Shown here piece after piece: positions 34,744 through 38,614 of a stretch of DNA of 38,614 bases. A program made the position numbers and the translations under genes. The number at the start of each line of letters is the position of its first letter. Within the stretch, counting starts at the first letter, position 1. The DNA is from Gammaproteobacteria bacterium (GTDB taxonomy: Bacteria > Pseudomonadota > Gammaproteobacteria > JAABTG01). Under the pieces are notes generated by a model. The model searched no databases. It saw nothing but the letters and a program-made list of their open reading frames with translations, and was not told the origin of the DNA. The stretch spans positions 1 to 38,614 of the forward strand of contig JASJBY010000026.1 in the NCBI GenBank assembly GCA_030066245.1. The letters run 5' to 3'.

Positions 34744-35616
34744 CTACTCCCGCCCCCGAATTCTGGTTCTGTGAATGCGTAGATCCCGCGGCCTTTGCCA
34801 ACCATGGCAGGGATGGTCCACATAGTGACCCTCAGGGAGCCGCACCGCCGTCAGCCGACCACCCCAGACGCAGCCGTTGTCCAGCGGCAGAATGCGGTGA
34901 CTCGCGTCGACCCGGCCGTTCAGCTGCAGGGTCGACCAATGACCGAAGACGATGGTATCACCGCGGCTCCGCCTGCCCGGCACGGCAAACCAGGGCAAGT
35001 TCCCGGATTTCTGTCGACCCAGGGGCGCCTTCTCCTTCAAGGCCAAGCGGCCGTCTGGGTGGCAATATCGCAGACGGGTCAAACAGTTGGTGATGAACCT
35101 GAGCTTATCCCAGCGCTCCAGGCCGGGCGCCCACATGTCGGGTGTATCACCGTACATGCGCCTGAAGTATGCGGGGTGATCGGGGCCACGCAGGGTGGTC
35201 TCGAGCTCTTGGGCACACTGTTGCGCCTGGGCCAGATCCCACTGGGGGGGCAGACCGGCATGTATCAGAACGAGTCCATTGGCGCGATGGAGTACCGGGC
35301 GATGGCGCAACCAGTGGAGCAGCTCTTCCCGGTCGTGAGCCAGCAACACACTGTCCAGGGTGTCCTTGCCGCGACGCTGGTTGCCGGCGCCCCCGGCTAT
35401 CGCCAGCAGATGCAGGTCGTGGTTGCCGAGTACCGTGACCGCGGCGTCTCCGAGACTCTTCACGAAGCGAAGGACTTCTACTGACTGCCCGCCTCGGTTG
35501 ACCAGGTCGCCCGTGAGCCAGAGGCGGTCCTTGCCCCGGTCGAACTGGATGATGTCCAGCAGCGTCCGCAACTCGTCGTAGCATCCCTGGATGTCGCCGA
35601 CGGCGAAGATAGTCAT
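34744..35616 (-). CDS. apaH: symmetrical bis(5'-nucleosyl)-tetraphosphatase
   Basis: Metallophosphoesterase motifs GDIQGC, GDLVNRG and GNHD. Synteny with apaG and a convergent folA matches my recollection of the E. coli arrangement. Confidence 0.9.
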   Translation of the reverse strand: MTIFAVGDIQGCYDELRTLLDIIQFDRGKDRLWLTGDLVNRGGQSVEVLRFVKSLGDAAVTVLGNHDLHLLAIAGGAGNQRRGKDTLDSVLLAHDREELLHWLRHRPVLHRANGLVLIHAGLPPQWDLAQAQQCAQELETTLRGPDHPAYFRRMYGDTPDMWAPGLERWDKLRFITNCLTRLRYCHPDGRLALKEKAPLGRQKSGNLPWFAVPGRRSRGDTIVFGHWSTLQLNGRVDASHRILPLDNGCVWGGRLTAVRLPEGHYVDHPCHGWQRPRDLRIHRTRIRGRE

Positions 35617-35659
35617 CGCTCAGGACGGTCTTGGGCTGAGGAGCACCGGCGTGGCCTGG

Positions 35660-36046
35660 TCAGTGCAGGGTATGGGGGATCGACAGGCTGAAAGCGGGGA
35701 TTTCGGCATCGAAGTGGAATCCGTCGTCGGCCACCATCTGGTAGCTGCCGTGCATGCTGCCGACCGGTGTCTCAATCATCGCGGCGCTCGTGTATCGGAA
35801 ACCCTCGCCCGGCTGCAGGTGCGGCTGTTCGCCGACTACGCCCTCACCGCGGACCTCCTGCACATGGCCGTTGGCGTCGGTGATGATCCAGTGTCGCGTC
35901 AGTAAGCGCGCCGCGACGGTGCCCACGTTGCGTATCGTGACCGTGTAAGCAAAGACATAGCGATCTTCGTCCGGCTCCGACTGCTCGTCGACGAAGTCCG
36001 TCTCCACCGCGATCTCGATGGTGTAATGGCTAGGGTTACTCAACAT
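35660..36046 (-). CDS. apaG: ApaG (DUF525) protein
   Basis: 128 aa. YVFAYTVTIRN.G......L..RHW.ITD..G....V.G.GVVG.QP.L.PG..F.Y.S is the ApaG signature. Confidence 0.9.
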   Translation of the reverse strand: MLSNPSHYTIEIAVETDFVDEQSEPDEDRYVFAYTVTIRNVGTVAARLLTRHWIITDANGHVQEVRGEGVVGEQPHLQPGEGFRYTSAAMIETPVGSMHGSYQMVADDGFHFDAEIPAFSLSIPHTLH

Positions 36047-36107
36047 GCCTTAAATTTGACCGCAAACCGGAGCCCGGTTGCAAGGTGTTCCCCACAAGTC
36101 GCCGGAG

Positions 36108-37616
36108 CTAGGCCGGGGCGCGGTCAAGACTGCGGTAGCCGATGGCTTCACTAAGATGTCGCCCCTCGATCCTGTCGGCGTCTGCCAGATCCGCGATGGT
36201 GCGCGCGACCCTGAGCACCCGATGCCATGCCCGGGTCGAGAAGCCGAGGCGTTCCACCGCGGTCTCCAGCAAGCCCCGCTCCGCCGGTCCCAGGGAGCAA
36301 TGATGCTCCGTTTCGCCCGGCGCTAGCCAACTGTTGGCCTTGCCGGCGCGGGCGTACTGTCGTTCGCGGGCCGCGACCACGCGCTGTCTGACCTCCACGC
36401 TGCTCTCAGCGGCGCGGGACTCACCGGCGTAGAGCTCTGTCCTGGGCACTCGAGGCACCTCGATATGGATGTCGAAGCGGTCCAGAAGTGGTCCGGAGAT
36501 CTTTCCCAGGTAGCGGCGTGTCTCCTCCGGTGTGCAGTCGAAATCCCGGCCGGTGCCGAGATGCCCGCCTGGACAGGGATTCATGGCCGCTACCAGCTGG
36601 AACCTTGCCGGAAACTCTTCCTGACGGGCGGCCCGGGAGATGGTGATGGCGCCCGACTCCAACGGCTCGCGCAGCACGTCCAGCACTCTTCGGTCAAACT
36701 CCGGAAGCTCGTCCAGGAACAGAACGCCGTTGTGGGCCAAGGAAACCTCGCCCGGCCGGGGCACGCTGCCGCCACCCACCAGCGCCACGCTGGACGCCGT
36801 GTGGTGCGGGGCGCGAAACGGTCGCCGTCCCCAGTGCTCCGGTTGGAAGCCGTGGCCGCAGATGGATTGCACGGCCGCCGTTTCCAGCGACTCGCTCTCC
36901 GTCATCGGTGGCAGGATGCCCTGCAAGCGACTGGCGAGCATGGTCTTACCTGTTCCCGGCGGTCCGATCATGAGCAGGTTGTGTCCCCCGGCTGCCGCGA
37001 CTTCCAGGGCACGCTTGGCCTGATACTGGCCCCGCACTTCGGCCAGGTCTCCCAGTAGCTGCGGTTCTTCGGTCGCTGTTTCCGGAGGCTGCCGTTCGAT
37101 GGGCGTCGTGCCTGAGAGATGACCGCACACTTCCAGAAGGTGGCTGGCCGGGAGTATCACCGCGTCCTGCACCAGGCTTGCCTCCGGTGCGTTTTCCCGG
37201 GGCAGCAGCAGATGGCGGCCGGCCGATCGGGCCTGGAGCGTGACCGGCAGCGCCCCGCGCACGGATCGCATCTCCCCGGACAAGGCGAGCTCCCCAAGAA
37301 ACTCGTGCCGGCGCAAGGGCGCCCGCGCCAGCTGCCCGGAGGCGGCCAGGATGCCGATGGCAATCGGCAGGTCGAAACGGGTCCCTTCCTTGGGCAGATC
37401 GGCGGGCGCCAGGTTGACCGTGATGCGGCGCAGAGGGAACTCGTAGCGCGAGTTGATGAGGGCGCTGCGCACCCGGTCCTTGCTCTCCTTGACCGCGGTC
37501 TCCGGCAGTCCCACAAGCGAGAAAGCAGGCAGGCCGTTGGTCAGATGCACCTCCACGGTGACCAAGGGGGCCTGCATCCCCACCTGGGCACGGCTGAACA
37601 CGACCGCCAGCGACAC
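36108..37616 (-). CDS. comM: YifB/ComM family Mg-chelatase-like AAA+ ATPase
   Basis: 502 aa. Lon-protease-like N-terminal domain (GLPAFSLVGLPETAVKESKDRV), Walker A GPPGTGKTM, and FLDELPEF. Confidence 0.9.
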   Translation of the reverse strand: MSLAVVFSRAQVGMQAPLVTVEVHLTNGLPAFSLVGLPETAVKESKDRVRSALINSRYEFPLRRITVNLAPADLPKEGTRFDLPIAIGILAASGQLARAPLRRHEFLGELALSGEMRSVRGALPVTLQARSAGRHLLLPRENAPEASLVQDAVILPASHLLEVCGHLSGTTPIERQPPETATEEPQLLGDLAEVRGQYQAKRALEVAAAGGHNLLMIGPPGTGKTMLASRLQGILPPMTESESLETAAVQSICGHGFQPEHWGRRPFRAPHHTASSVALVGGGSVPRPGEVSLAHNGVLFLDELPEFDRRVLDVLREPLESGAITISRAARQEEFPARFQLVAAMNPCPGGHLGTGRDFDCTPEETRRYLGKISGPLLDRFDIHIEVPRVPRTELYAGESRAAESSVEVRQRVVAARERQYARAGKANSWLAPGETEHHCSLGPAERGLLETAVERLGFSTRAWHRVLRVARTIADLADADRIEGRHLSEAIGYRSLDRAPA

Positions 37617-37673
37617 AATGGTTTTCCCTAAACTGTCATCTCAGGCTTTCCCTCGCCTGCCACGGGGCGCGGC

Positions 37674-37937
37674 TCAGGGTGAATCGGGCGGGTCGAGGAG
37701 CTGCTCCTCCAGCGCCAGCACCTTCTGTTCCAGGGCTTCAAGGCGCGCTCTGGTTCTGGCGAGCACCGCACTCTGCACGTCGAACTCCTCCCGGGTAACC
37801 AGATCCATCCGCGACAAGGCGGCGGTCACGGCAGCCCGGATGGTCTGCTCCAGGTCCGCCTGGAGCTGGCCGATGCCGGGCGGGAGCGCAGCGGCAATCC
37901 CAGCGGTCAGCTGGTCGATCAGTCTGGGGTTCATCAT
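37674..37937 (-). CDS. ubiK: UbiK/YqiC-family accessory factor (BMFP-like coiled coil)
   Basis: 87 aa. The DLVTREEFDVQSAVLARTRARLEALEQKV..LE motif is typical of YqiC/UbiK. Confidence 0.7.
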   Translation of the reverse strand: MMNPRLIDQLTAGIAAALPPGIGQLQADLEQTIRAAVTAALSRMDLVTREEFDVQSAVLARTRARLEALEQKVLALEEQLLDPPDSP

Positions 37938-38265
37938 GCGCTCTGTCTCGTTACGGCAGACGCCAGGTCGGGGTATTCAGGAGTCGCTACCTTAGCCCGC
38001 GCCCATGCCGCTGGCAAGCGGGCAGCAACGCAAATCCCGGGATTCGGCCGCGGCCAGGCGGCGCTCGAGCGGGATACCGGCTGGCCATCGACCAGGTGCA
38101 GTCGCCTGCGCGCGGCTTTGCCACCCGGCCGTGGTCCATCGTGACGCGTGGCGCTCTTCTGTGCCCCACCATGGTGCACCGTTTCCATAGCCTGCGTGCC
38201 TCCCGGTGTCCCGTTGCAGCAGTTGTCCTTACCTAAGTCATTGTTCTTCTTTTGTTAACTGAGCT

Positions 38266-38281
38266 TGGCACGGCCCGTGCA
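38266..38281 (+). promoter_or_regulatory. candidate sigma-54 (-24/-12) promoter
   Basis: TGGCACggcccGTGCa compared with the consensus TGGCAC-N5-TTGCa. The GG and GC dinucleotides have the canonical spacing. It lies about 110 nt upstream of the porin ATG. Confidence 0.5.
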
Positions 38282-38392
38282 GATAGACCGGCAAGCGGGG
38301 CAACCTGCCGTCTTGAAAATCAGAAGCGGACGCCGAGCTGCTGGGGGCGCGTCGACTGATTGCTTTCTTATATAAACCGGGAGAAACCGAGT

Positions 38393-38614
38393 ATGACGAG
38401 TTACCGAAAAAGACTAGCGGTCAGCGCGCTGGGCGGTTTGCTGGCAGCTCCGCCCATGGCCGGCGCCGTGGAGGTGCTGGGCGGGGATCTGAGTGCCAAC
38501 ATTGGCGTGGTGAGCAACTACTACTTCCGCGGTGTCACCCAGACCGACGACAAGGCGGCGGTCCAGGGTGGCCTCGACTGGGTGCACGGCACCGGCATCT
38601 ACGTGGGCACCTGG
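38393..38614 (+). CDS. TorF-family putative outer-membrane porin (5' partial; runs off the window)
   Basis: Not in the ORF track because the frame is open-ended. ATG at 38393 behind GGGAGA. Signal peptide LAVSALGGLLAAPPMAGA. It is followed by NIGVVSNYYFRGVTQTDDKAAVQGGLDWVH..G.YVGTW, the conserved N-terminal block of the TorF/TIGR02001-type family (from memory). Confidence 0.75.
   Translation, partial: MTSYRKRLAVSALGGLLAAPPMAGAVEVLGGDLSANIGVVSNYYFRGVTQTDDKAAVQGGLDWVHGTGIYVGTW

Noticed and set aside
37934-38190. Small ORFs between ubiK and the porin gene: 37934-38188 (-), 37987-38172 (-) and 38005-38190 (+)
   Set aside because: They overlap one another, are Arg/Pro/Ala-rich, and have no RBS or motif. 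The region is more likely a divergent regulatory region.

Overview
High-GC chromosomal window (G+C judged by eye, not computed). The gene content looks gammaproteobacterial: convergent folA/apaH with apaG, plus thyA, comM/yifB, ubiK, purU and a TorF-type porin. I found no rRNA, tRNA, CRISPR array, transposase or integrase.

Main blocks:
1. 976-15527 (+): a cluster of exported or membrane proteins with no assigned function. It holds a membrane-anchored pentaheme cytochrome c fused to TPR repeats, two CRTAC1-type FG-GAP + ASPIC/UnbV proteins, a TPR protein, and a 1116-aa TPR/FG-GAP/UnbV lipoprotein. The cluster is split by tatD, a dksA/traR-like gene and ald.
2. 15617-15925 (-): a small, strongly signalled gene for a secreted Gly/Trp/Tyr-repeat protein that resembles sulfur-globule proteins.
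3. 16475-25129 (-): a complete nine-gene V/A-type ATPase operon, tightly coupled, followed by a small Cys-less HMA-like gene.
4. 25378-33734: a GAF-PAS-PAS-GGDEF-EAL signalling protein, an orphan MlaC-like protein, purU, a Pro/Ala-rich secreted protein, a CNNM/CorC-type transporter and thyA.
5. 33739-34735: folA bracketed by two inverted copies of a strand-asymmetric element (G-rich, C-poor) built from heptanucleotide tandem repeats.
6. 34744-38614: apaH, apaG, comM, ubiK and the 5' end of a TorF-family porin behind a sigma-54-like promoter.

The best candidates for undescribed biology are the cytochrome/TPR/CRTAC1 cluster, the heptamer-periodic element pair around folA, and the Gly/Trp/Tyr-repeat secreted protein. 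All functional calls come from reading motifs in the supplied translations. No database search was run.
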